DNA of 64,000 bases from Candidatus Wolfebacteria bacterium GW2011_GWB1_47_1 (GCA_001029635.1 CP011209.1:414866-478865), one strand, 5' to 3'. Positions 1 through 10,215 are shown, counted from the stretch's first letter. Notes: generated by a model from the letters alone, not told the origin. Translations and numbers: made by a program.

Positions 1-152
1 AGGGCACTTGTACGGTTGTGATCGCTAAGGCAAGTCCACGGTGGACCATTACCGTTTCCGCGACGGCAACCGATTATGTAAGGACTATCCAAGTCGTAGT
101 CGATCGATATCCGAATGTGATTAGCATTATACAATGGAAAGAGTTATAAGAG

Positions 153-1349
153 TTGCGCACACTGCTTGCTGTATCCGCTGTTTTGTTTGCCATAGTTTGC
201 TATACTAATCGTATCTATCTATCTATGTTTTTTACTCAAAAACACATCATCTCTATTTCACCGAATGCCATTGTTGTTGCGGCCGTTGATGCTGGAGCTA
301 AGAGAACGGTGACGATTAAAAAACGAATACCATTGAACAAGAGCATGTTACGAGAAACGCTCTTGGATATTAAGAAGAGCTTCAATGGGTCATTCGATGT
401 CATCTTGGGTGATGTGTTTGCGTTTGTATTTGCGGTTGCTATCCCTACCGGTACGAAGGATGAGCGGGAATTTGTACGTATCAAGGCCGCCGAGGAAGTT
501 CCTCAGGAGATCACCCCTATGACAGGGTGGGATTTTAAGGAATTTTTAAAGCATGTCGACCAGAATGAAAAGGTTGTCCAGTGTGTCGTAGTCGAAAATG
601 ATTTCTATTCCCTGTTTTCTGATGCTGTTCGAATGTCGGGAATTTCGATCGATGCCATGGAACCGATGTTATGCTCTCTTGCCCGAGCATTCGAAGAAAA
701 GCCGGAGCCACGATTGGTGCTCTACCAGGAAGAGCGAGTTATTGCATTTGTGACGTATCGGGGTTTGGTTCTCTCGAATGTGAGTTTCGACACAACTCCC
801 GATCCGCATGTCATCGCACAACTGATAGGATTTGTTAAAAAGAAATTTGATATAGTTCCCAAACATGTCTTCCTCGCCGGATCATTCCCCCTGTCGGATG
901 AGATGACCAAGGCGCTCTCAAGTTATATTGTGGAACGGGGAGATCTCGATCCGTTTATGGAAATGGCGAAGAAGAAAGACGGCAAGAATGATAAGGATAC
1001 TGCGAGTCTGAATATTATGCCGGCGGCTATGCGTATATCCGGGGATCCGAAATTGCAGCAGCACATTGTCGGCATCGCCGAACCTTCTCTGGAAACCGGC
1101 GTTATGTCTCATTATGAGCGTATTACCGATGTGCGGAGTGGTTCCTATCCACAAGGGAAGCTATTTACCATACTTATTTTCGCAAGCTCATTTTTGATTA
1201 TTTTAGCAAATGCGATGATCTGGTATCAGCGACTACAGGAGGAGCGGATCAAAGAAATTCATCCTCCGGCAGTATCGACTGGAGTATCTGAGACGACAAC
1301 AATCATACCATCGGGTATTGCCACATCCGTTACGCCAACATCCCTGTAG
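153..1349 (+). CDS. PilM-like actin-fold pilus assembly protein with a C-terminal PilN-like TM/coiled-coil segment
   Basis: A 398-aa ORF with weak similarity to the PilM middle region (..DAVRMSGISIDAMEPMLCSLARAF..). A C-terminal hydrophobic helix is followed by a coiled coil (FTILIFASSFLIILANAMIWYQRLQEERIKE). It is followed by a pilin gene. Confidence 0.4.
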   Translation: MRTLLAVSAVLFAIVCYTNRIYLSMFFTQKHIISISPNAIVVAAVDAGAKRTVTIKKRIPLNKSMLRETLLDIKKSFNGSFDVILGDVFAFVFAVAIPTGTKDEREFVRIKAAEEVPQEITPMTGWDFKEFLKHVDQNEKVVQCVVVENDFYSLFSDAVRMSGISIDAMEPMLCSLARAFEEKPEPRLVLYQEERVIAFVTYRGLVLSNVSFDTTPDPHVIAQLIGFVKKKFDIVPKHVFLAGSFPLSDEMTKALSSYIVERGDLDPFMEMAKKKDGKNDKDTASLNIMPAAMRISGDPKLQQHIVGIAEPSLETGVMSHYERITDVRSGSYPQGKLFTILIFASSFLIILANAMIWYQRLQEERIKEIHPPAVSTGVSETTTIIPSGIATSVTPTSL

Positions 1350-1473
1350 AGAGTTACATAAAAATAAATTGAACAAGCGGTAGTAACACGGTATACTATA
1401 GTATACGGAAGTCAGATCAGTCTTCGGCTGATGCGGTTGATATGGTATTATTAATTAATAAATATATATCCTC

Positions 1474-1950
1474 ATGTACATAAAAGAAAAAATAGCACAA
1501 GCAGGATTTACATTGATCGAATTATTGCTTGTCATTGTGGTCATCGTTGCATTGGCGGTTACGGTGTTTGTTTCGTTGAACCCAGCAAAGCGTTTGGCAG
1601 ATGCTCGGGATGCACGAAGAACGGCAGATGTCGATGCGATATTGACGGCTACCCACCAGTATATCGTCGATAATAAGGGTGCGCTTCCCGCGGGCGTCAG
1701 CATCACTACTGAAATGCAACTCGGCACGGCCGCTTCAGGATGCGCGGTCACGACTGCAACGTGTAATACGGCAACAAACTGTTTGGATCTTTCGACTCCG
1801 CTCGCTGCATATCTAAAAACAATCCCATTTGATCCAAAGTCCGGAACAACCACCGCAACGCTTTACTCCATTGTTGCGGATAGTAATGGAATCGTAACCG
1901 TAAAGGCGTGTGGCGCAGAAAATGTGCCGAGTATTACATCCTCGCGATAA
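1474..1950 (+). CDS. Type IV pilin / pseudopilin (class III signal peptide)
   Basis: The N-terminus KAQAGFTLIELLLVIVVIVALAVTVF is a canonical prepilin cleavage/N-methylation motif (G|FTLIE). 158 aa. Confidence 0.8.
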   Translation: MYIKEKIAQAGFTLIELLLVIVVIVALAVTVFVSLNPAKRLADARDARRTADVDAILTATHQYIVDNKGALPAGVSITTEMQLGTAASGCAVTTATCNTATNCLDLSTPLAAYLKTIPFDPKSGTTTATLYSIVADSNGIVTVKACGAENVPSITSSR

Positions 1951-2945
1951 TACCATAGTATTAGGTCCGTATCGGTATTGATCGGCTGTACCTCGGCTGG
2001 GGTGATCGCAAACGGGTCGTATAGTCGATCGCGCGTCGCAGTCGCCGCGATTTATTCTGATACCATGCGCGTGAGTGCCGCAGTCGCGGAGCATCTGAGT
2101 GCCGGGGCACGGGAGGCGCGGGCATTTCTGCAGCCGAGGCCGATCGTCAGATGATGGTTATGTTGTCTGACGCGTCGCTCACCAAGGCAATTGTAAGCGA
2201 TGTCGTTATGGGTGTTCATGAGGTGTTTGGCGCGTCGGTTAGCATGGTTGGTGGAGGTTCGTCAGATAATTTGAAATTCAAAAAGTCATCGCAGTTTTTG
2301 AATGACACCGTTTATACGGATGCGGCAGTAGGCCTGCTGCTTGTGGCTGATAGTCCTTAGTCTGTGGTATCTCGGCATGGTTGGAGCCCGACCAGTGACC
2401 CGATGGTTGTTACTAAGGCGATTAGGAAAACGGTTTATGAGCTGAATGGCCTTCCCGTTTTAAACGTTTATATGGAACACATTGCGTAGGATATCGAATC
2501 GTTCAATTTTGACCGATTTTATGATGTTGTAATGACGCACCCGTTTGGGTTGCTGTCTGTGGCGGGTAACGAATATGTTATTCGTGATGCACTAGCCGCA
2601 TCCAAAGAGGATAAATCCATATCCTTCGTTGCAGAAGTCCCGCAAGGGGCAATAATACAGTTTATGGTTGGCGGAAGGGATGCATTGCTACAGGCGGGTG
2701 CGGATGCCGCTATACTTGCGAGAGGGGAGATTCGTCATGAGTCGGCGTTGGTTTTTATTGCGGATTGTGTCTCGCGTTTGCTGGTGCTTGGCGTCGAGAC
2801 CGAGAAGGAATTGCGCAATATTGCCAAGCATGTCGGCATGGAAGTGCCAATGATCGGATTCTTCTCGTTCGGTGAAATTAGTAGCGAAACCGATCGGGCG
2901 GCATTTCATAATAAGACATGCTCGTTATATGTTATGCCGGAATAA
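1951..2945 (+). pseudogene. FIST-domain sensor protein remnant (5' truncated, frameshifted, two in-frame TAG)
   Basis: Frame 1 (1951-2151) encodes a FIST_N-like ..LIGCTSAGVIANGSY.. with no start codon, immediately after the pilin stop. Reading shifts to frame 3 at about 2150. In-frame TAG codons fall at 2358 and about 2487. The intact FIST_C-like ORF 2532..2945 is in the same frame. Confidence 0.5.
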
Positions 2946-2953
2946 CTATTATA

Positions 2954-2984
2954 AAAACGCGTAGATATATTGTCTACGCGTTTT
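2954..2984 (+). terminator. Rho-independent terminator hairpin
   Basis: aaaacgcgtagatatattgtctacgcgtttt: perfect 11-bp stem flanked by A/T runs. Confidence 0.6.
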
Positions 2985-3117
2985 CTATTTGTTATTGAAC
3001 ATATACGAGCTACATAATCGATGCCGGCATGCGTGCGTATGTTCTGTTCTGTCTATATTTGCTATACTTATGTATAGCATTAGGCATAGAGTAGTACAAT
3101 GCCGCGATAATTTTATT

Positions 3118-4440
3118 ATGGACCAACTGACTCCTGAACTACGAAATATGTTTGCGGAACAACTATTTGGCGCGTTCGTCGAAAACGGAGAAAACGGCGT
3201 ATTTGTCGTTCGCGCGGATGCTTCCATCGCGTATGTCAATCAGGCTATGGGGAAGCTACTCGCATACGATATTGATGCATTTATCGGAAGGCCATTTTTA
3301 GATTTTTGGGCAACGGAATTCAAGGCACTTGGCGAGGAGCGTTATCAGGCTCGTATTGCAGGAGCGGAGCCGCCCAAGCGATATGACATCGAAATGATTC
3401 GCAAGGATGGTTTGCGGCTTCCGGTTGAGGTGACCGCATATCGAATACTGTTTGAGGGAGTTGCTGCTGATGCAATCGTCGTGCGTGACATTAGCGAGCA
3501 TCGTCGATTGGAGGCGGAATTGCGGAATGCCTTAAAACAATCCCGTGAACTCTCATCCGTCGTTGAAACGAGTTTCGACGCCATTGTCATTACGGATTCC
3601 GAGGGGCTTATTACGTATGTTAATAAGAGCTGGCAGGCACTTAACGGATGGGCATCGGAAGAAGTTGTTGGTAAGGTTACTCCGCGTGTTATTAAATCAG
3701 GAAGACAAAATTCTTCATTCTACCGAGTGTTTTGGCAGACGATTAAAGCCGGCTCCAGTGCTCGGCTGGATGTCACTAATCGGCGTAAAGACGGCTCGGA
3801 ATATTTCGCCGAGCTGATTGTTATGCCACTGAAGGATGACCAAGGGCTTATTACGGGATTTGCCGGATTTCAACACGATGTCACGGCGCGCCATCAGGTT
3901 GAGCAGTCGCTTTTTGAAGCGAAGGAATTTGCCGAGCACATCATCGACAGTGCGAATGCGATGGTCGTGGTACTTGATAACACAGGAGCCATCGAGGTGT
4001 TCAACAAGCGGGCTGAAGCGATAACCGGTTATACTAAGGCAGACCTGCAAGGGAAGAATTGGTTTGAGGTGCTGGCGCCGCGTGAGCGCTATCCCGATGT
4101 TTGGCATGTCTTTGAGGATTATCAGAAGCGGGGCATCGTGTTGCAACAATTTGAAAACCCTATTTTGACGAAAGATGGTCGCGAGTTGATGATTGCATGG
4201 ACAAATAGCGAATTGAATCAAGGAGGGCAGACGGTCGGGACAATTTCGTTCGGCATGGACATTACCGACCGCAAGAAGACAGAAGCTCAGCTTTTAACGA
4301 TAAACCAGGAACTGCAGCGGTTTAAAGACCTAATGGTCGGCCGTGAGCTTAAGATGATTGAATTAAAAAAAGAAGTAGAATTATTGCGCGCTGGACAATC
4401 GGGACATCTTCATGCACAAACAGATATCGCTTCGAAATAA
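3118..4440 (+). CDS. Sensor protein with three PAS/PAC domains and no output domain
   Basis: Repeated PAS blocks (..SIAYVNQAMGKLL.., ..DAIVITDSEGLITYVNKSWQALNGW.., ..VVVLDNTGAIEVFNKRAEAITGY..). It ends in the coiled-coil tail GRELKMIELKKEVELLR. The likely start is ATG 3118 (MDQLTPE); the ORF-track N-terminal extension looks spurious. Confidence 0.7.
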   Translation: MDQLTPELRNMFAEQLFGAFVENGENGVFVVRADASIAYVNQAMGKLLAYDIDAFIGRPFLDFWATEFKALGEERYQARIAGAEPPKRYDIEMIRKDGLRLPVEVTAYRILFEGVAADAIVVRDISEHRRLEAELRNALKQSRELSSVVETSFDAIVITDSEGLITYVNKSWQALNGWASEEVVGKVTPRVIKSGRQNSSFYRVFWQTIKAGSSARLDVTNRRKDGSEYFAELIVMPLKDDQGLITGFAGFQHDVTARHQVEQSLFEAKEFAEHIIDSANAMVVVLDNTGAIEVFNKRAEAITGYTKADLQGKNWFEVLAPRERYPDVWHVFEDYQKRGIVLQQFENPILTKDGRELMIAWTNSELNQGGQTVGTISFGMDITDRKKTEAQLLTINQELQRFKDLMVGRELKMIELKKEVELLRAGQSGHLHAQTDIASK

Positions 4441-6841
4441 AATAACCGCATTTACCGTCGGATCTATTCTTTTATTCGGATCCGTTGCAATTGCGATCGT
4501 GTTTTTTTATGCGCGATCAAATTATTACGCATTGCGACAAGCTGATATTCGGACGGAGGTTCTTGAGCAGGCGAGTGATATAGGGGCTTCACTTGAGCAG
4601 GCGAAGCGCATCGTAAAGCATATTGCAAGCGAGAAAGAATTAATACGGTATTTGGAAGGCGATGCCGAATCTTCAGATCGTGCGCGTATTGTTGATATGT
4701 TAAGTCATTACAACGGGGAGCGGCTGTATGATCCATTATACGTACTTGATCGATCAGGCATCGCTACTGCATCGCTCGATTCTACCTTTGTCGGGAATGA
4801 TTATAGTTTTCGCAGTTATTTTACGAACGCGATGCGTGGTGAGTCAACGGCAGAATTTTTGATTGGCGTAACGTCCGGAAAGGCGGGGTACTATTTTTCA
4901 TCCCCAGTCATTTCCAGTGATGGGGGTATTATCGGTGTCGTTGTAGGGAAGGTTTCCCGGGATATTGGAAATGAATTGATTTCCGGAAGTTTTTTAATAG
5001 AAAACGGGTCAATTATGATTACCGATACCGACGGTATCGTTTTGTACGCAAGTCGGGCGGATCAACTCTACCACTCTATCGGGGTATTGTCTGATGAAGA
5101 TCGGGATAGAATCACAGGAAACAGGCAGTTTGCTAATCTTCCCTTGACCTCGCTTGGATATAACCGCATCTTTCAGGCCATACGAACACATACAGGAACG
5201 CCTGACTTATTTGATTTTTCCAACCCTGTTACCCATGAGAATGAGGTGGTCGCTGTTGTTGCGATCCCGCAGACGGATTTGTTTCTTGTTGTTCAAGAGA
5301 GTGTGGTGTCACTTATTGCGCCGGTGCGCATTATTCTATTCGGTCTTATTATTGCTGTGCTCCTTTCCATGCTCGCCACTTCAATATTTGTGTACGTACT
5401 CGTTCGTCAGTTTTTGGCACCATTATCACGATTAAAATTTGCCGCAGAGCGCATCAGTGCGGGTGCGTTTGATTATCGCGTCGAGATCAAAACCGGTGAT
5501 GAATTAGGTAAAATGGGCGAACAGTTTAATGTAATGGCGGATCGTCTTAAAAATTCGTATGCCGGACTTGAACGAACGGTGGCGGAAAAAACGAGCGAAC
5601 TTTCTGCCAAGTTGGTTAGTATCGAGCAAAAGAATGCGGAGCTACGTGATACGCAACGCGCGGTATTGAATATTTTGGAAGATGCACGCAGTTTGGAAGC
5701 GCAGATTGCAGATGAGCGTAACCATTTGCGCGGGATTCTTGCGGCGATGGGTGAGGGACTCTTTGTGCTCGATGATCGATATCGCATCGTACTGAGCAAT
5801 CCAATTGCCGAGCGGATACTTGATATGCAGGCTGATGAAATTATCGGAAAGAGTATGAGCGATATCATTACGCTCTATAAGGGGAAAGAGGAAGTTCCGG
5901 TTGAAGGACGGCCTATGGTAAAAGTGTTTACTGAGGGCAAGATCATTGCGGCTGATCTGCGGGATGATTTCTATTGGCAGACATCCAAAGGGCGTAAATT
6001 CCCCGTTGGTTTCATCGCTGCTCCACTTACGGTTGGTGGAATACGAAATGAGGTCGTTGTGTTTCGCAACCTGGAAAAGGAGAAAAATCTTGATGAGGCA
6101 CGGACAAGTTTTATTTCCATAACATCACATCAGCTCCGCACGCCGCTTACGTCGATCAAGTGGTTCCTCGAGATGCTCATGGAAGGGAGCTACGCCGATC
6201 CGTTGACCGTAAAACAGCGCGAATTCGCCGACCTTGCGTACCAGGCGAGTGAAAAGATGGTGGGCATCATTAATCTTTTGCTGCAGATCGCTCGCGTCGA
6301 ATCAGGCCGATTGAAGGTGCTTCCGGTCCCTACGGATCTGAAACAGCTTACCGCTTCGATCATTGCATCGTTTGGGAATGCATTCCAGATGCGTAAACAG
6401 GTAATAATAGTCCAGACTGTTCCCGATCCGCTGCCGGTTATTCAGATTGATGTCGACGTCATGGGGCAGGTCATCCAAAACCTGTTGTCCAATGCGAATC
6501 GGTATGCGAACGAAAATAGCACGATTATCATTTCGATTGAAGCGGGTCAAGGAGAACAGGGTAGTGACTTCATTACGTATTCGATCGCCGATCAAGGGAT
6601 TGGTATCGGTAAGAATGCCACCAGTCGCATCTTTGAGAAATTCTATCGCGCAGAGAATGCATTACGATCTGTGCCGGAAGGGTCGGGACTTGGCCTTTCC
6701 TTGGTAAAGTCGCTTGTGGAGGGATGGGGCGGGCGTGTGTGGTTTGAATCTGAAGAAGGGAAGGGTACTACGTTCTTTTTTACGATCCCGATCGGTGGCA
6801 TGCAAGCTCGCGCCGGAGAAGTCGGTATTGCGGTTACTTAA
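4412..6841 (+). CDS. Sensor histidine kinase (TM-Cache-TM-HAMP-PAS-HisKA-HATPase_c)
   Basis: N-terminal TM helix. H-box SITSHQLRTPLTSI. HAMP region (..AERISAGAFDYRVEIKTGDELGKMGEQFNVMADRL..). HATPase G-boxes (GIGIGKNA, GSGLGLSLVKSLVE). Confidence 0.85.
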   Translation: MHKQISLRNKITAFTVGSILLFGSVAIAIVFFYARSNYYALRQADIRTEVLEQASDIGASLEQAKRIVKHIASEKELIRYLEGDAESSDRARIVDMLSHYNGERLYDPLYVLDRSGIATASLDSTFVGNDYSFRSYFTNAMRGESTAEFLIGVTSGKAGYYFSSPVISSDGGIIGVVVGKVSRDIGNELISGSFLIENGSIMITDTDGIVLYASRADQLYHSIGVLSDEDRDRITGNRQFANLPLTSLGYNRIFQAIRTHTGTPDLFDFSNPVTHENEVVAVVAIPQTDLFLVVQESVVSLIAPVRIILFGLIIAVLLSMLATSIFVYVLVRQFLAPLSRLKFAAERISAGAFDYRVEIKTGDELGKMGEQFNVMADRLKNSYAGLERTVAEKTSELSAKLVSIEQKNAELRDTQRAVLNILEDARSLEAQIADERNHLRGILAAMGEGLFVLDDRYRIVLSNPIAERILDMQADEIIGKSMSDIITLYKGKEEVPVEGRPMVKVFTEGKIIAADLRDDFYWQTSKGRKFPVGFIAAPLTVGGIRNEVVVFRNLEKEKNLDEARTSFISITSHQLRTPLTSIKWFLEMLMEGSYADPLTVKQREFADLAYQASEKMVGIINLLLQIARVESGRLKVLPVPTDLKQLTASIIASFGNAFQMRKQVIIVQTVPDPLPVIQIDVDVMGQVIQNLLSNANRYANENSTIIISIEAGQGEQGSDFITYSIADQGIGIGKNATSRIFEKFYRAENALRSVPEGSGLGLSLVKSLVEGWGGRVWFESEEGKGTTFFFTIPIGGMQARAGEVGIAVT

Positions 6842-6915
6842 AACAAAGTGACTGTAATTGAGCGTTGCGTGGATGCGAATACGTACCGCCCGTGCTATAC
6901 TAGTGTAGTAATATC

Positions 6916-7302
6916 ATGAATATAGATACTGCCATCGGCAAAAAGAAAATATTGATCGTAGAGGATGATTCGTTCATTGTAAAGGCGTACCAGATCCGTT
7001 TTGAAAACGATAATTTCGATGTATTCATAGCGACAACCGGCACTGATGCGCTTCACTATCTCGATAAAGAGCCTGTGGATGTTGTGCTCCTCGATCTGAT
7101 GCTTCCTGGGGTGAGCGGATTTGATGTGCTTATGGCGATCAGGAAGAATAATATATGGAAGAACGTTCCCGTAATTATTTTAAGCAATCTTGGACAGACC
7201 GAGGATATTCAGCGGGGGAAGGATCTTGGTGCGACGGATTATATCGTCAAAGCGAACGCGCGTATCAATGAAGTAGCAGATAAGGTTAAACGTTATTTGT
7301 GA
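6916..7302 (+). CDS. Single-domain response regulator (REC only, CheY-like)
   Basis: KKILIVEDD..VVLLDLMLPG..DYIVKA. 128 aa with no output domain. Confidence 0.85.
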   Translation: MNIDTAIGKKKILIVEDDSFIVKAYQIRFENDNFDVFIATTGTDALHYLDKEPVDVVLLDLMLPGVSGFDVLMAIRKNNIWKNVPVIILSNLGQTEDIQRGKDLGATDYIVKANARINEVADKVKRYL

Positions 7303-7315
7303 CAATCGATATTGG

Positions 7316-7358
7316 TTAACATAAACCCCCTCCGTATACGAAGGGGGTTTATGTTAAA
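7316..7358. terminator. Bidirectional terminator hairpin between convergent genes
   Basis: ttaacataaaccccctccgtatacgaagggggtttatgttaa: long perfect stem. Confidence 0.6.
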
Positions 7359-8205
7359 CCACTCTGTCTCGGTGCTCCGCCTTGTGTACTCGCAACTCTT
7401 CTTTTATTTGGATCATCTTGAGTTCGCGATCAATAGTTGCCCTTTGCCATGCTTCAAGTTCCGATACCTTTTGCTCAAGGTCGTTTTTTTGGCCGATTAG
7501 ATCTTGCTGTGATTGTTTAATCGATTGAACCATTGTGTTAAATGAGTCCGCGAGTAATACTGTTTCTTTGCTACCACTAACCGGCATATGCACTTCCATG
7601 TTTCCGTGTGTGAAATTTGCCGCGATTCGTGATAGTTCTGCAATTGGGTCGATTATCGTGCGTGAGAGGCGGAGCATGAGCGCTGAAAGCGTCAGTAACC
7701 CACCCATACTGATCGCGAAGAGAATATAGAAAGCCCGGTCGAATTGAGCCATAGTCTCTGTGAAATCGTATGTTACGCGCATCATCCCGATGAGATATGG
7801 TCCTGAGGTGATGGGCTGATCCAGTGTGAAAATATGACCTCCTTCTTTGTGACTGTCGGTCCCGCCGGCTACTTTTGAGGAAGTAGGCCCTATGGGGGAT
7901 GGTTTTGCTTTTAGGGATGTATATGCGAGTACATTCCCTGCGGGTTCGAATACGGCTAGTGATACAGAGGGTGTCTTAGAATACCGTTCATCAAGTAGTA
8001 TACGAGTCAGAAGAGGAATATCTTTTGAGAGTGTCGCCTCTTTTATGGAATCACTAATGCGTTCCGCGTCGATAAACGCACTTGTTTGAAGATTTTTTTC
8101 AAACCCATCTTTCACATAGATTGAAGCAAATACAAACGAAATACTCCCGATAATCATAAATGGGAGAATGAGAAATAGGAATATTTGTGCTTTGATCGAA
8201 TACAT
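7354..8205 (-). CDS. Membrane sensor with extracytoplasmic domain and HAMP, no recognisable output domain
   Basis: Two TM segments flank a roughly 150-aa domain. HAMP-like ..IAELSRIAANFTHGNMEVHMPVSGSKETVLLADSFNTMVQSIK... It ends in DRELKMIQIKEELRVHK. Confidence 0.55.
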   Translation of the reverse strand: MYSIKAQIFLFLILPFMIIGSISFVFASIYVKDGFEKNLQTSAFIDAERISDSIKEATLSKDIPLLTRILLDERYSKTPSVSLAVFEPAGNVLAYTSLKAKPSPIGPTSSKVAGGTDSHKEGGHIFTLDQPITSGPYLIGMMRVTYDFTETMAQFDRAFYILFAISMGGLLTLSALMLRLSRTIIDPIAELSRIAANFTHGNMEVHMPVSGSKETVLLADSFNTMVQSIKQSQQDLIGQKNDLEQKVSELEAWQRATIDRELKMIQIKEELRVHKAEHRDRVV

Positions 8206-8208
8206 GAT

Positions 8209-9438
8209 TTATAGGCGAATGCAATCCTGCGATTGCTTTTTTCCATCAAGGGGTACAAATTTCCCTCCAATGATGCGCGTTAAGTAGGCATTGCGCAATG
8301 CTTGATGATCGGTCATCGAAAAGGATGCGTGTAATTCTTTTGCGATAGGGTAATCAGTAAGGGATTCCAGGGCGCTGATGAGTGATGTTCTTGTAAGCGA
8401 CGGACCGGCACGTTTGATACCTTCTGCCAGTATTTTTGCATTGATAAATCCTTCAAGTGTTCCGAATGTAGGGTTTTTTTCGGGAAAGTATTTTGCAAGT
8501 AAATATTCGTATCCATCCGGACAATTTGATTCGGGTTGCATATTAGGCAATGGCATTGTTTGAGATATGATAATGTCTTCACTATCGATTCCCAGTTCTT
8601 GCGCGAACGCTTCCGGACCGACAAATGACATCGTTGCGAATATTGGAGTAAACCCTCTTTCGTGCGCCTGTTTTATGAACTGTGTGCTTGGGCCATAGAC
8701 CGATGCAAGAATGACCGCTTCTGGTTTTGCGGCGCTAATCACATCCAGTGCGCGTTCGATATTGATCGTATTTCGTTCATAAGAAGCGGTTGCGACTGGG
8801 CTGAGTTTTGCTTGTTTTAGCGCATTGTCTATTCCTTGCAAGACGTCAAACCCGAAGTCGTCATACTGGTAGAGCACAGCAATCTTCGTTAGCCCGCTTG
8901 TTTTTACGAGGTGATTTACGACAGCAGCGCCTTCTTCATGGTAAGACACCCGGGTGTTAAATATGTACGGTTGTAGTGGTTCTCGAAATATCTTGGCACC
9001 GCTAAACAATCCTACGAGCGGTATCTGCGCTTCGTTGATCATTGGGAGCGCCACTTTTCCGGTCGGTGTACCGACATAATTAAGCAGTGCAAATACACCA
9101 TCATCAACAATGAGTTTTTGTGTATAGTAGGCCGTTTTGGGGGGGTCATATTGGTCATCATACGAAATAAGCCGTATCTTACGGCCGTAAATACCACCCG
9201 CATCGTTGAGGGCATTGATATAGGTTTGCTCACCGATCGCATATTCTGTACCGAGAAATGCGGTTGGCCCGGTCAATGCCTTTACTGTGCCTATTCGGAT
9301 CGTGTCTCGGGTTACGCCGGTCGTATTGGCAACCGTCTCCTCGGTTTGCGGTTTATTGGTGTTACGAAATAAAAAATACGATCCCGTTGCAATAACGGCG
9401 ATTATACTAAGTGCAGATAAGATGGTCCGCTTAGTCAT
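8209..9438 (-). CDS. ABC-type substrate-binding protein, LivK/Peripla_BP_6 family (branched-chain amino acid-type)
   Basis: N-terminal signal/TM anchor. ..ALTGPTAFLGTEYAIGEQTYINALNDAGGIYGRKIRLISYDD.. is typical of the Leu/Ile/Val-binding family. Confidence 0.7.
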   Translation of the reverse strand: MTKRTILSALSIIAVIATGSYFLFRNTNKPQTEETVANTTGVTRDTIRIGTVKALTGPTAFLGTEYAIGEQTYINALNDAGGIYGRKIRLISYDDQYDPPKTAYYTQKLIVDDGVFALLNYVGTPTGKVALPMINEAQIPLVGLFSGAKIFREPLQPYIFNTRVSYHEEGAAVVNHLVKTSGLTKIAVLYQYDDFGFDVLQGIDNALKQAKLSPVATASYERNTINIERALDVISAAKPEAVILASVYGPSTQFIKQAHERGFTPIFATMSFVGPEAFAQELGIDSEDIIISQTMPLPNMQPESNCPDGYEYLLAKYFPEKNPTFGTLEGFINAKILAEGIKRAGPSLTRTSLISALESLTDYPIAKELHASFSMTDHQALRNAYLTRIIGGKFVPLDGKKQSQDCIRL

Positions 9439-9564
9439 TATCTATATAGTATACCATATATTTCTTCGCGTTAGGCAATTAGAGATACGCGGCGACGGAG
9501 TGCCTGACTTCATTATCCGCGATACGATCTCTCAAGTATTTGGGGATCACGCATGGTCAATGGA

Positions 9565-10215
9565 TCATCGTACTACTTTCTTTTGTTGGTGATGGTTTAT
9601 GCCAAGCGCAACGATCACGACCATAAGCACTATTCCGGAAAAACCAAGAAATTGGAGTATATTGCCGAGTAACACTGCCTCGCTGGCATATGCGCTTACG
9701 ATTGCATAGGGGATTTCTGAGAGTACTGTCACGATACAATAGGCTCCGAGCGGGTAATGCACGACACCGAATGCGTAGCCCAATTCAGCCGGAAGTACCA
9801 GTCGTAAGAGAAAGGCTGTTGTGAATGTCGCCCGTTCGTTAATCTGTTTACTCCATACCTCAAATTTCTTTCGGTAGACAAGAAAGGGGACTATTCGTTC
9901 TCCTACTATCCTTCCGATAAGATAGGCAATGATGCCACCGACTAGCCATCCGGTCAGAAGAAGGAGTGTGGTAAGGAGTGGTCCCCAGATCGCTACAGCA
10001 AAAGGGACAAGTGGGATATTGGTCAACGGGCTGATTAATGCTCCGAGAGCCGATGAGATAATGAAAAGCCCTATCGCAAGCAGCTCGTTTTTTGTGACCA
10101 ATAGATTAAAGAAGTCGACGATCCGCCAAAATTCATTTTGCAGCAATGCCGAAGACCAAAATAATAATGCAATGATGATTGCCAGAACTAGTCCGATGAT
10201 CACGCGCTTGTTCAT
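9565..10215 (-). CDS. DedA/VTT (SNARE-associated, TVP38/TMEM64-like) membrane protein
   Basis: Polytopic hydrophobic 216-aa protein with the DedA-like G-rich core (GPLLTTLLLLTGWLVGGIIAYLIGRIVG). Confidence 0.55.
   Translation of the reverse strand: MNKRVIIGLVLAIIIALLFWSSALLQNEFWRIVDFFNLLVTKNELLAIGLFIISSALGALISPLTNIPLVPFAVAIWGPLLTTLLLLTGWLVGGIIAYLIGRIVGERIVPFLVYRKKFEVWSKQINERATFTTAFLLRLVLPAELGYAFGVVHYPLGAYCIVTVLSEIPYAIVSAYASEAVLLGNILQFLGFSGIVLMVVIVALGINHHQQKKVVR

Noticed and set aside
2989-3117. N-terminal 43 residues of ORF-track call 2989..4440
   Set aside because: This Cys/His-rich stretch (MLLNIYELHNRCRHACVC..) overlaps the terminator and promoter region. The PAS protein more plausibly starts at ATG 3118 (MDQLTPE).
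3715-4221. 168-aa minus-strand ORF inside the PAS gene, plus similar antisense ORFs (5473..5868, 9929..10282, 22537..22934, 23100..23450, 41219..41755, 54264..54979, 57260..57891)
   Set aside because: Each lies antisense within a confidently identified conserved gene and has low-complexity or Arg/Ser-rich composition typical of spurious antisense ORFs.
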